Assembly: GCA_037446835.1 (NCBI GenBank)
Contig: JBBIHV010000004.1
Location: 832 to 64,831 of the forward strand
DNA length: 64,000 nucleotides
Origin: Sunxiuqinia sp.
Lineage (GTDB): Bacteria > Bacteroidota > Bacteroidia > Bacteroidales > Prolixibacteraceae
Direction: 5' to 3'
A program made the translations under genes and the position numbers. The notes beneath the pieces are model-generated. The model worked only from the letters and a program-made list of their open reading frames with translations, made no database searches and was not told the origin of the DNA. Positions 37,214 to 46,833 of this stretch are shown in pieces (position 1 is the first letter of the stretch; each line of letters opens with the position of its first letter).

Positions 37214-37235
37214 CTTCAAACTTGATTTTCTGATC

Positions 37236-39260
37236 CTACCAAATCAAGGCCCGGTCAGCTTCCTTGAGGTACATAAAATCCCCTTCCTTCACGTTAAAAG
37301 CCTTCTGAAATTCAGGCATATTGCGCAGTGGCCCTAAAACCCTGAAGCGTCCCAGCGAATGGACATCATCTTTGGTCAGGCGGACAATTTCCTTATCTCT
37401 GATGTTCTGTGCCCACAAATGTGCATAGGCCAGGAAAAAACGCTGATCGGGCGTAAATCCATCGATAGGTTTCTCGTTACCGGTAAGTACTTTCTGGAGG
37501 GCATGGTATGCCACATTTAAACCGCCCAAATCAGCAATGTTTTCACCCAAAGTCAACGCGCCATTTGCTTTGAGTGAATCGAGTACGGTAAAACTATTAA
37601 ACTGATTGACTAAAACTTGTGTCCGCTCGTTAAATTTTTTTGAATCCTCTGCGGTCCACCAGTCAGCCAGGTTCCCGAATTTGTCGTACTGACGCCCTTC
37701 ATCGTCAAAACCGTGTGTCATTTCATGTCCGATGACCACGCCAATCGCACCGTAATTCACGGCATCGTCGCCATTGGTGTAAAAGAAAGGAGGCTGAAGA
37801 ATTGCCGCTGGGAACACAATTTCGTTCTTCGATGGGTTGTAATACGCATTGACCTCCTGAGGAGGCATCATCCATTCGGCGCGGTCAACCGGCTTATTTA
37901 TTTTCGAGATCATGAAATTAAAATCGAAGCTATTAGACTTCAGTACATTATCGACATAAGACAGTGTCGAAACCTGAAGCCCTGAATAGTCGCGCCATTT
38001 ATCCGGATACCCAATTTTAACAGCAATCGCATCAAGCTTTTCGAGTGCTTTCGTTTTGGTTGCATCGCTCATCCATGCCACATTTTTAATGCGGTCGCCA
38101 AGCGAAACTTTCAGGTTTCCAACCAGTTCAACCATTCGTTTTTTTGATTCAGCCGGGAAATATTTCTGAACGTACATTTGCCCAAGTGCTTCGCTCAGGG
38201 CTCCATCGGTTGCACCCTGCACCCGTTTCCATCGTGGCCGTTGGGCCATTTGACCGGAAAGCGTTTTACCGTAAAAATCGAAACTCTGGTTCACAAAAGC
38301 AGCCGGAAGATATGGGGCAAGGCTCCTGACCACCTTCCATTTCAGGTAAGTTTTCCAGTTATCAACCGGTATTTCTTTCAACATTTTGCCCAGTTCGGTA
38401 AAAAAGGCAGGCTGCCCAACAATAAAATCGCCCGGATTTTGAAGGCCAATATGCTGGAAATAAGAAGACCAGTTAATTTCAGGAGAAATTTTCCGGAGCC
38501 CCTCCACGTTCATTTTATGGTAAATATTATGTGGGTCGCGCAATTCAAGCTTGGTCATCGACACAGCGGCCAGCCTTTTTTCCAGGTTATAAATCATTTC
38601 GGCATCCGATTTTGCTGAAGGTTCAGCGGAACCATCCAACACAAACATTTTTTGAAGATACGTCCGGTAAGCTTCCTGAATTTCCTTGCTACGCTGGTCG
38701 TCCTTCATATAATAGTCGCGATCGGGCAGGCCCAATCCACCCTGGAACAGGTAAGCCACAACCATTTGCGAATTTTTCTGGTCGGCATCCGAAAAGATCA
38801 AGAACATCGGGAATATCTGATGTGCCTGTAAATCGGCAACCACGTTCAGCACATCCTGGCTGTTCTTCGCCAACGAAATCTCATCAAACAAAGGCTGAAG
38901 AGGCTTAAGGCCATCCGACTCTATTTTGGCGGTATCCATTCCGGTGTTGTAAAAATCGGCAATCTTTTGGGCGATTGTCCCGGGTTCCTGCTTCTTTGAA
39001 GCAATTTCGGTGATCAACTTTTGAACCTGAACTTCGCCGGTATCGGCCAGCAAATCGAACGATCCGAACCTGCTTTTTTCAGCCGGGATCGGGTAACGTT
39101 TTTTCCAGCCACCATTGGCATAATTGTCGAAGTCGGTTGCCGGGCTTACGGTTGTATCCAGATCGGCCAGATCAATGGCCTTCGGCCTGGGGCCTTCGTG
39201 TGTACAGGCCAGGCTCCCCAGCAACAATGACGTTAAAACAAATCGATTTAAATTTCTCAT
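37236..39260 (-). CDS. M13-family metalloendopeptidase (PepO-like), lipoprotein
   Basis: VNAYY, GHEMTHGFD (HExxH), GENIAD, DVHS; start re-assigned to ATG 39260, lipobox LAC. Confidence 0.95.
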   Translation of the reverse strand: MRNLNRFVLTSLLLGSLACTHEGPRPKAIDLADLDTTVSPATDFDNYANGGWKKRYPIPAEKSRFGSFDLLADTGEVQVQKLITEIASKKQEPGTIAQKIADFYNTGMDTAKIESDGLKPLQPLFDEISLAKNSQDVLNVVADLQAHQIFPMFLIFSDADQKNSQMVVAYLFQGGLGLPDRDYYMKDDQRSKEIQEAYRTYLQKMFVLDGSAEPSAKSDAEMIYNLEKRLAAVSMTKLELRDPHNIYHKMNVEGLRKISPEINWSSYFQHIGLQNPGDFIVGQPAFFTELGKMLKEIPVDNWKTYLKWKVVRSLAPYLPAAFVNQSFDFYGKTLSGQMAQRPRWKRVQGATDGALSEALGQMYVQKYFPAESKKRMVELVGNLKVSLGDRIKNVAWMSDATKTKALEKLDAIAVKIGYPDKWRDYSGLQVSTLSYVDNVLKSNSFDFNFMISKINKPVDRAEWMMPPQEVNAYYNPSKNEIVFPAAILQPPFFYTNGDDAVNYGAIGVVIGHEMTHGFDDEGRQYDKFGNLADWWTAEDSKKFNERTQVLVNQFNSFTVLDSLKANGALTLGENIADLGGLNVAYHALQKVLTGNEKPIDGFTPDQRFFLAYAHLWAQNIRDKEIVRLTKDDVHSLGRFRVLGPLRNMPEFQKAFNVKEGDFMYLKEADRALIW

Positions 39261-39556
39261 AACAAAAAAATATAGTTGTAAATATTCAGCCCCGGGAATT
39301 TCAAAAATAGTCAATTGACTATTTGTCATCCATTTCAGGAAAGATTACAAAAAAACCACAAAAAAACTACATCAGGTTTCAGGACAAAAAATACGAAGTT
39401 TTTTGGAGCTGGCTAACCTGAAAACAACGCTTTTGCGACAAACATGCTCAACAACAGCGACAAACAACCCCATATCAGCCCAAGAAGATAACATTTTATC
39501 TTTTTTTTCAACATGAAAACAAGTAAATTTCAATCATCTGAAAATCAAATACACAA

Positions 39557-39994
39557 ATGAAGATCCTGTTTCTGTGTACCGGTGGCAATTCGTGCCGAAG
39601 TTTGATGGCCGAAACTTTCCTTCAGCAAATGGATAAGTCGCTGGAAGTATCTTCGGCGGGGCTTCATCCCGATAGTCAGACCGATCCGATGGCTGTAAAA
39701 GTTATGCAGGAAGCCGGGATTGATATGAGCGCAAAAAAGCCGAAAAGTTACCTGGAATTTGAAGGGAAACCGGTGGATTACCTCATAACAATATGCGACG
39801 GAACAATTGACAAAATAACTTCTGTCAACATTCCTGCCACACACAAATTTCATTTGGGGTTCGAAGATCCGCGAAAAGCGCTCAGCAACGAAGAGCATTT
39901 AGTTGATATTTACCGCAATATCCGCGACGAGATCAGGAATGAACTCGATTATTTTTATACCCGCATCCTGATCCCAAAACTGGTCAGAGAATAG
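39557..39994 (+). CDS. ArsC / LMW-PTP family protein with atypical active site
   Basis: CTGGNSCRS (one-residue insertion), SSAG, ITIC, FEDP. Confidence 0.8.
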   Translation: MKILFLCTGGNSCRSLMAETFLQQMDKSLEVSSAGLHPDSQTDPMAVKVMQEAGIDMSAKKPKSYLEFEGKPVDYLITICDGTIDKITSVNIPATHKFHLGFEDPRKALSNEEHLVDIYRNIRDEIRNELDYFYTRILIPKLVRE

Positions 39995-40014
39995 ATTCAA
40001 CCGTTTTTTCAGGC

Positions 40015-40046
40015 AAAAGCCCAAGCAAACAAATGCCCGGGCTTTT
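40015..40046. terminator. Bidirectional terminator between arsC-like gene and the orphan pepP tail
   Basis: AAAAGCCC...GGGCTTTT. Confidence 0.7.
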
Positions 40047-40216
40047 TAATTTTTCCTGAAGCTCAAACTCATCACTTGTTCAACTTCGTCGGGAGTAATT
40101 GGAATGCGGTCGCCAAGAATTTCGCTGCCGGTTTCAGATACAAAAATGTCATCTTCCAGCCTTATTCCGCCAAAACACAGGTAACCAGCCAAATGATCGG
40201 AATTCACCCGCCCTGT
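40047..40216 (-). pseudogene. Orphan copy of the pepP 3' end
   Basis: Minus-strand frame TGRVNSDHLAGYLCFGGIRLEDDIFVSETGSEILGDRIPITPDEVEQVMSLSFRKN-stop; 40068-40175 matches 42274-42381 with 4 mismatches in 108 bp. Confidence 0.9.
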
Positions 40217-40357
40217 TCATCTCAAGGAGGCCCAACTATTCCATTTTAAACTGAAAATTTTTTTTAACAATTTCTTTTTCATTATGAAATATAACTGCAA
40301 TTTCTCTGCAACAACGATGCTCTACATTTGCCGATAATTTATTGATCACAAAAAAAA

Positions 40358-42199
40358 ATGAAAATGAAAAAAACCCTACAACATTTATTATCAGCAACTT
40401 TGATCTTTAGTTCTGTATTGGTCGCGCAAGACTTGATCGCACAACCGGGTTATGTTACCGGCGATTTTCACCAACACACCACTTACACCGATGGTAGTTA
40501 TTCATTTGGTAAAATGATGGAAATGAACAACAAATTCGGTCTCGATTGGTGGGCTAACAGCGAGCATGGTGGCGGTTTCCCAACCTGGGGGATTGTAACC
40601 GGAATTGACCTCGGCACAAGTGTGAAATGGAGCGCAGCAGGAATTACCCCACTTGGTACCGCAAATGGTGAAAATATGTGGCGCTGGCAAGAGTTGCGCG
40701 ACTGGTCGTTTCGCGATGTACAACTTTGGCGCCGGGTTTTGCCCGACAAGGTAATCATCCAGGCTTATGAAATGAATGTCCCCGGACATGAGCATGCATC
40801 ATTTGCGATTATTGCCAATCAATTCGATGTAACCAACCCGAATGTGAATCCATTGGCACAATTCGAATACATGTTCGATAATGGCGACAAAGATGTATCC
40901 AGTCCAAATAATTGGATAAAAAGTACTAAAACCGGTCATGAAAAAGCGATTGAAGCTATGGCTTGGCTGGAAGCCAACTATCCTAAGCAAAGTTGGGTAA
41001 TTCCGGCGCACCCCGAACGTTATAAATACAATAGCAAGACAGGTTGGGACATTAATCACTTCCGCGACCTTAACAATGCAGCTCCTGATGTATTCTTCGG
41101 CTTTGAAAGTGTACCTGGCCATCAAAAAGGTAAAAATCGCGGCGAGTATGGATCAACACGTCCTTCATACGGTATCGAAACTTATGGTGGAGCCGGATGG
41201 ATGTCGGCAAAAGTAGGCGGTTTGTGGGATGCAATGTTGAGCGAAGATCGTCATTTTTGGCTGTTTGCCAACTCCGACTGCCACAATAACGAGGATGACG
41301 GAAGCGACTTCTTCCCCGGAGAATACCAAAAAAACTACACTTTTGTAAGCAATAAAAAAGATCCTCAAGCCATTGCCGATGGACTACGTTCAGGTAATTC
41401 GTATGTTGTAATGGGCGATCTGATTGACTCTCTTCAATTTAAAATTGGCACCGCCAAAATGGGTGGTGTCTTTGAATCAACTGATGGGAAGATTAGTATT
41501 ACAATCCGCCTTCGTGATCCACAAGGAACAAACAACAATCGTTATAGCAACTATACAAACCCAGAGTTGGATCATATTGACATAATTGCCGGAACAGTAG
41601 GCCCAAAAGTTGACCCGGCAAACACCGATGAATACAAAAAAGATTCAGTAAGCACAACCAAAGTGATTGCCCGTTTCGGAAAGTCATCCTATACCGATGG
41701 AAATGGTCTTGTCACTCAAATCTGGACTGAGAAAGCTGATGGATGGAAAGAAATGAACTTAGATTTTACAATCCCAACCGGTAAGAAAATGTATTTCCGT
41801 TTACGTGGAACAAACCTAGCTATCAATACAGCTAACGAAACAGACAAAAACGGCAACCCATTAATTGATACTGAGGGACTTAATACTCCAGCCATTGCTT
41901 TTGCCGACCTATGGTTCTATTCGAACCCTGTATTTGCGTTAAATAAAACGACTCTCTCTTCAAGCGTTATACGAAACGCTGAGTTTAAAATCTATCCAAA
42001 TCCAGTCAAAGAAATGCTTAATATCGATTTTACCAAGCCTCAAAAAGGCGATCTGGTTATCTCCGATTTTTCAGGTAAAACTGTATTAAAATCGAGTATT
42101 GACGGAGAATTTTCAAAGCAAATTTCAATCAAAGGCCTTGCAAAAGGTTCTTACATTGTGAGCATCGATGGTATTTCGCAAAAAATAATAGTTGACTAG
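40358..42199 (+). CDS. PHP-family metal-dependent phosphoesterase with T9SS type A C-terminal sorting domain
   Basis: Signal peptide; GDFHQHT, SEHG, GHEH, AHPER, NSDCH; C-terminal IYPNP...G.Y...QKIIVD. Confidence 0.8.
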   Translation: MKMKKTLQHLLSATLIFSSVLVAQDLIAQPGYVTGDFHQHTTYTDGSYSFGKMMEMNNKFGLDWWANSEHGGGFPTWGIVTGIDLGTSVKWSAAGITPLGTANGENMWRWQELRDWSFRDVQLWRRVLPDKVIIQAYEMNVPGHEHASFAIIANQFDVTNPNVNPLAQFEYMFDNGDKDVSSPNNWIKSTKTGHEKAIEAMAWLEANYPKQSWVIPAHPERYKYNSKTGWDINHFRDLNNAAPDVFFGFESVPGHQKGKNRGEYGSTRPSYGIETYGGAGWMSAKVGGLWDAMLSEDRHFWLFANSDCHNNEDDGSDFFPGEYQKNYTFVSNKKDPQAIADGLRSGNSYVVMGDLIDSLQFKIGTAKMGGVFESTDGKISITIRLRDPQGTNNNRYSNYTNPELDHIDIIAGTVGPKVDPANTDEYKKDSVSTTKVIARFGKSSYTDGNGLVTQIWTEKADGWKEMNLDFTIPTGKKMYFRLRGTNLAINTANETDKNGNPLIDTEGLNTPAIAFADLWFYSNPVFALNKTTLSSSVIRNAEFKIYPNPVKEMLNIDFTKPQKGDLVISDFSGKTVLKSSIDGEFSKQISIKGLAKGSYIVSIDGISQKIIVD

Positions 42200-42224
42200 C
42201 CAATTGCTACTTTTTCAAATCACA

Positions 42225-42256
42225 GAAAGAGGTGAATCAAACGGTTCACCTCTTTC
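42225..42256. terminator. Bidirectional terminator PHP gene / pepP
   Basis: GAAAGAGGTGAA / TTCACCTCTTTC, perfect 12 bp stem. Confidence 0.75.
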
Positions 42257-42263
42257 AATTTTC

Positions 42264-43661
42264 TCAGCACGATCTCATCACTTCTTCAACTTCGTCGGGA
42301 GTAATTGGAATGCGGTCGCCAAGAATTTCGCTGCCGGTTTCGGTTACCAAAATGTCATCTTCCAGCCTTATTCCGCCAAAATCAAGGAAACTTTCCAAAT
42401 GGTTGAAATTGATAAAACCGGTATTGATTTTTTCGGCTTTCCACTTTTCAATCAATGCCGGAATGAAATAGATGCCAGGTTCGTTGGTAATTACAAAACC
42501 CGGCTGAAGTTTCCGTCCCATGCGTACATAAGCCGTTCCAAACTGATCGACAGGCCTGGTTTCATCGTCATATCCCACATAAAGCTGTCCAAGGTCTTCC
42601 ATATCGTGAACATCCAGCCCCATCATGTGGCCCAATCCGTGCGGCATAAACAAGGCATGGGCGCCATTCCTGACAGCTTCCGTCACATCTCCCTTCATCA
42701 AACCCAGCTCCTTCAATCCTGAAGCAATTACTTCGGCAGCAGCCAGATGAACCGACATGTAGGTCGATCCGGGTTTGGTCAATTCGCGGGCACGATTATT
42801 GGCAGCAAGCACAATCTCATATATTTCGCGCTGTTTCTGTGAAAATTTGCCGCCAACAGGAACTGTTCGGGTAAAATCGGATGCGTAATGCGAACCGACT
42901 TCAGCCCCGGCATCGACCAGCAACAAACGCCCGTTTTGCAAGGCATCCGAGTGGTTGTGATTATGCAGTGTTTCACCGTGCTGCGACAGGATTACCGGAA
43001 AAGAAACCATTCCACCACCCGCATTGGCAATTCCTTCGATTGTTCCGGCAATGGTTTGTTCCCACACGCCGGCTTTGGCCATTTTCATGGCGGTAACATG
43101 CATCTGATAACCAACTACACAAGCTTTCCTGATCTCAGCAAGTTCCTGCGCTTCCTTAACCGAACGCAAATCAACAATGGCTTTAATCAATTCAACCGAA
43201 GCGTAGGTTTTTAGCTTCGAAACCGAAATGCCCAGCAATTCATTCAGCAACAGTTTATTTTCAGCGCGATATGGCGGTAGAAAATGAATTTTTCTTCCTG
43301 AAGTGATGGCTTTTTCAAGAATTTTTTGAAGATTTATGAAGGGTTCGGTTCTTTTAACGCCTACTTTTTCGGCTTTTTCAGAAAGTGCTACCTGAGGCCC
43401 CATCCAGATAATGTCTTCGATACTCACATTGTCGCCAAAAATAATTTCTTCGCCTGAATCCACATCAAGCACTCCGGCAAGATTTTGAAAATCAAGCCCA
43501 AAGAAGTACAAGAACGAACTGTCTTGCCTGAAATAAAAGGTATTATCGGCATAGTTCATTGGAGAATCGGCATTTCCCAGGAGCAAGATCAGGCCTTCGG
43601 AGATTTTCCTTTTCAATTGCTGCCTGCGGGCAATATAGGTTTCTGCTTTAAACATGTTCAT
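42264..43661 (-). CDS. pepP: Xaa-Pro aminopeptidase (M24B)
   Basis: FRQDSSFLYFFG, DAGAE, YASDFTRT, HGLGHMMGLDVHD, TNEPG, RLEDD; start at ATG 43661 or 43655. Confidence 0.93.
   Translation of the reverse strand: MNMFKAETYIARRQQLKRKISEGLILLLGNADSPMNYADNTFYFRQDSSFLYFFGLDFQNLAGVLDVDSGEEIIFGDNVSIEDIIWMGPQVALSEKAEKVGVKRTEPFINLQKILEKAITSGRKIHFLPPYRAENKLLLNELLGISVSKLKTYASVELIKAIVDLRSVKEAQELAEIRKACVVGYQMHVTAMKMAKAGVWEQTIAGTIEGIANAGGGMVSFPVILSQHGETLHNHNHSDALQNGRLLLVDAGAEVGSHYASDFTRTVPVGGKFSQKQREIYEIVLAANNRARELTKPGSTYMSVHLAAAEVIASGLKELGLMKGDVTEAVRNGAHALFMPHGLGHMMGLDVHDMEDLGQLYVGYDDETRPVDQFGTAYVRMGRKLQPGFVITNEPGIYFIPALIEKWKAEKINTGFINFNHLESFLDFGGIRLEDDILVTETGSEILGDRIPITPDEVEEVMRSC
42274..42381. repeat. 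Right copy of 108 bp direct repeat (pepP 3' end)
   Basis: Matches 40068-40175; offset 2206 bp. Confidence 0.9.
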
Positions 43662-43825
43662 CTTTTTTAATAATTCAGGGAAAGATAGAAAAAATACCAC
43701 TGCCAAAAACTGACAATAACCAGACAAATGTTTTATACTATATTGAAAAGTGAAAATCAATTGAATAATTTGCAAACCGCTACCCAAATTTTTCGTAAAT
43801 TAAACTAACCAAAATACTCAACGCC

Positions 43826-44548
43826 ATGAACAACTCTCTGATGATTTATCTGAACAAACGGCTGCACCAGAACGACCCAAAATATCAGGCAGCTGCTACT
43901 CATCCCGGACCGGTAATTTGTATTTCAAGAGAAGTGGGATGTGGGGGCGTAACCTTTGCCAGATTGTTGGCCGCTGAATTGGACAAACTTTCGGGCTACC
44001 ACAAATGGAAAGTTATTAGCAAGGAAATTTTGACTGAAAGTGCCCGCGAGTTGAATATGGACCGGAACAAGCTTCGAACCATAATAAAAGAAGGCGACAG
44101 GGGCGTATTTGATGAAATTCTTAGCGCTTTCAGCGAAAAAAGGTTTAAAAGCGACCGGAAAATCGGAAAAACGCTGCGCGACCTGATCAGAAGTTTTGCA
44201 ACGGATGGTTACTGCATTATTGTTGGAAGGGCAGGCCATATTTTTACCAAAGACATTGAAAAATCCTTATGTATTAAACTGACCGCCTCGCAGGATTGGA
44301 GAATAAAGCAGATTATGGTTAAAAACAACTTAAACCTGCGCGAAGCCATGGATTTCATTAATCAAACCGAAAAGGAAAGGCAAAACTTCCGGAAATATTT
44401 TGCAGACTTCAGCCACCAGGAAGATGAATTCGACCTGACAATTAACATTTCGCGGATAGACATTGACCGTGCAATTGCACTTGTCGGCTTTGCAGCACAG
44501 CATAAAGGTTTGCTGGAAACAAACAAAAGTAAGGTAGAAGTATTTTGA
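43826..44548 (+). CDS. Cytidylate kinase-like family protein
   Basis: ICISREVGCGG P-loop variant, IIVGRAG, DLTIN. Confidence 0.82.
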   Translation: MNNSLMIYLNKRLHQNDPKYQAAATHPGPVICISREVGCGGVTFARLLAAELDKLSGYHKWKVISKEILTESARELNMDRNKLRTIIKEGDRGVFDEILSAFSEKRFKSDRKIGKTLRDLIRSFATDGYCIIVGRAGHIFTKDIEKSLCIKLTASQDWRIKQIMVKNNLNLREAMDFINQTEKERQNFRKYFADFSHQEDEFDLTINISRIDIDRAIALVGFAAQHKGLLETNKSKVEVF

Positions 44549-44607
44549 GTTCCAGTCTCCAAATCTCAGGCAATTTTCCTGAAATTTGGAGACTTGAACC
44601 CGGAACT
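44548..44607. terminator. Long hairpin between convergent genes
   Basis: AGTCTCCAAAT / ATTTGGAGACT (11 bp perfect), plus TCAGG/CCTGA and AGTTCC/GGAACT. Confidence 0.55.
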
Positions 44608-44612
44608 GGGAA

Positions 44613-46706
44613 TTATTTCAGCCATTTATCGAGCCATTGTTTGAAAACCCTTTGCCACAGGATTCCGTTTTGCGGTTGCAGCACCCAATGGTTCTCATCC
44701 GGGAAAATCAGCATTTCGGCCGGGACACCGCGCAAAACAGCAGCGTCGAATGCGGCCATTCCCTGTGATGCTAAAATCCGGTAATCTTTCTCACCGTGGA
44801 TCACCAGGATCGGAGTGTCCCATTTGTCAACAAACAAATGCGGCGAGTTGGCATACGACCGTTGTGCAATCGCATTCGATTTATCCCAGTATGGCCCGCC
44901 CAGATCGCGGTTTACAAACCACATTTCTTCGGTTTCCAAATACTGTTGCTCCAGGTTAAACATCCCATCGTGTGCAATGAAAGCCTTGAAGCGCTTTTGA
45001 TGATGACCAGCCAGCCAATAAACCGAGAATCCACCATAACTTGCTCCCACACAGCCTAATTTGTCTTTATTTACAAAAGGCTCTTTGGCCAGTGCATCAA
45101 TAGCAGAAAGGTAATCTTTCATGTTTTGTCCGCCGTAATCGCCACTGATCTGTTCCAGCCATTCTTTCCCGAAGCCAGGCATTCCGCGCCGGTTTGGCGC
45201 AACCACAATGTACCCGTTGGCAACCATTTGCTGAAAATTCCAACGGTACGACCAGAACTGGCTGACTGTTGATTGCGGGCCACCTTCGCAATACAAAATG
45301 GTTGGATATTTCTTGTTCGGGTCAAAATGAGGCGGATAAATTACCCAAACCAGCATTTCCTTGTTGTCGGTGGTCTTCACCCAGCGTTCTTCAACCTTTC
45401 CCATTGTGAGCTGGTCCAAAATTGGTTTGTTCTGGAAGGAAAGTTCAGTTTCTACTCCTGATTTGGGATCGATCGCATAAATTTCGTCGGGTTTGCTCAT
45501 CGAATGTTTAACCCCAATGAGTTTATCTTTTGCTTCGGCCACAAAACCGTAGTCCTGCACACCTTTGGTGATTTGCGTAATTTTCCGGCCAGAAATATCC
45601 AATCGGTAAATCTGTGTAAGGGCGTGCCAGCAACTCACAAAATAAATCGATTTGCTGTCGGAACTCCAGGAAAGATTACTTGAATTCTGGTCGAACCCTG
45701 CTGATTCATCTGTCTTTTCACCGGTTTCCAAATTCAGGAGGAACAAGCGGTCCTTGTCAGATTCGAACCCATCACGCTCCATGCTTTCCCAGGCCAGCCA
45801 TTTTCCATCGGGCGAAAAAACCGGGTTCTGGTCGTACCCCATCATCCCCTGCGTCTTGTTTTCAGTCTTTCCGGTTTCAACGTTGAAGAAATAAATATCT
45901 GAATTGGTTGAAAGTGCATATTCTTTACCTGTTTTTTTGCGGCAGGTGTAGGCAATTGTCTTTCCATCCGGGCTCCAGGCAAGCTGCTCCGTTCCGCCAT
46001 AAGGTTTCATTGGGCTTTCAAAAGGCTCCCCTTTCAAAATATCGACCTCATTTCCAATCTTTCCATCCTTATAATCGGCAACAAACGGATGTGGAACGGT
46101 TTGCACCCATTCATCCCAGTGTTTGTACATCAGGTCTGTTTCCAGGTGTGCATTGGCTTTTGGTAAATCAGGAAACAAATCGTGAATATCGGGCTTGACT
46201 TTTACGTCGGCAGTATATAGAATCCGGGCCATGTCGGGTGAATATTTAAACCCGGTCATTCCGCCCTTCACCTCAGAAACCTGAACAGCGCCTGTACCAT
46301 CCGGATTCATTTCCCAAAGCTGCATATCGCCTGATTTATCTGACAAATAGCCAATTTTTTTTCCATCAGGCCGCCAGGCAGCAGAAGTTTCTTTTTCAGG
46401 GGTATCGGTTAATTTTATTGGGGCACCTCCTGAAACCGGAACTGCGTACAAATCGCGGTACGATTTGTTTTCTTCGACATTAAAGGTGGTAACCGAGTAC
46501 AAAACGGTGGCCCCGTCGGGCGAAACATCCGGATCGCCAATCCTTCCAAAGCTCCATAAAACTTCCGGCGTCATAATATCCGAAGTAAGTTTTGGAACTT
46601 CGGGAACAGAATGTTGTGTCATTTCTTTATTCGTTTTCTGGTTTGAACATGAAAACAGCATTGCCGCAACAGCAAGTAAGCAAACAGATTTTATCATGTT
46701 GTTCAT
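44613..46706 (-). CDS. S9-family serine peptidase (dipeptidyl-peptidase 5-like), lipoprotein
   Basis: Lipobox FSC; beta-propeller repeats; GASYGG, HGEKDYR, DENH. Confidence 0.93.
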   Translation of the reverse strand: MNNMIKSVCLLAVAAMLFSCSNQKTNKEMTQHSVPEVPKLTSDIMTPEVLWSFGRIGDPDVSPDGATVLYSVTTFNVEENKSYRDLYAVPVSGGAPIKLTDTPEKETSAAWRPDGKKIGYLSDKSGDMQLWEMNPDGTGAVQVSEVKGGMTGFKYSPDMARILYTADVKVKPDIHDLFPDLPKANAHLETDLMYKHWDEWVQTVPHPFVADYKDGKIGNEVDILKGEPFESPMKPYGGTEQLAWSPDGKTIAYTCRKKTGKEYALSTNSDIYFFNVETGKTENKTQGMMGYDQNPVFSPDGKWLAWESMERDGFESDKDRLFLLNLETGEKTDESAGFDQNSSNLSWSSDSKSIYFVSCWHALTQIYRLDISGRKITQITKGVQDYGFVAEAKDKLIGVKHSMSKPDEIYAIDPKSGVETELSFQNKPILDQLTMGKVEERWVKTTDNKEMLVWVIYPPHFDPNKKYPTILYCEGGPQSTVSQFWSYRWNFQQMVANGYIVVAPNRRGMPGFGKEWLEQISGDYGGQNMKDYLSAIDALAKEPFVNKDKLGCVGASYGGFSVYWLAGHHQKRFKAFIAHDGMFNLEQQYLETEEMWFVNRDLGGPYWDKSNAIAQRSYANSPHLFVDKWDTPILVIHGEKDYRILASQGMAAFDAAVLRGVPAEMLIFPDENHWVLQPQNGILWQRVFKQWLDKWLK

Positions 46707-46833
46707 CTTTATAAAAGTTCTACCCAAATTTCATTAAGGCGGTGAATGTAAGGATTGTCGGGCAATTAAAAAATGAAAAGCACCTGTTATTCACAAACAG
46801 ATGCTCCCAAAAACCGAATTTATAGAACCAAAT

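Noticed and set aside
42264-43787. Extended pepP start at 43787 and similar extended starts for msrA, M13, DUF2752, uvrA and trmO-like
   Set aside because: The extensions run through AT-rich promoter DNA or neighbouring genes; downstream ATGs match the family N-termini.
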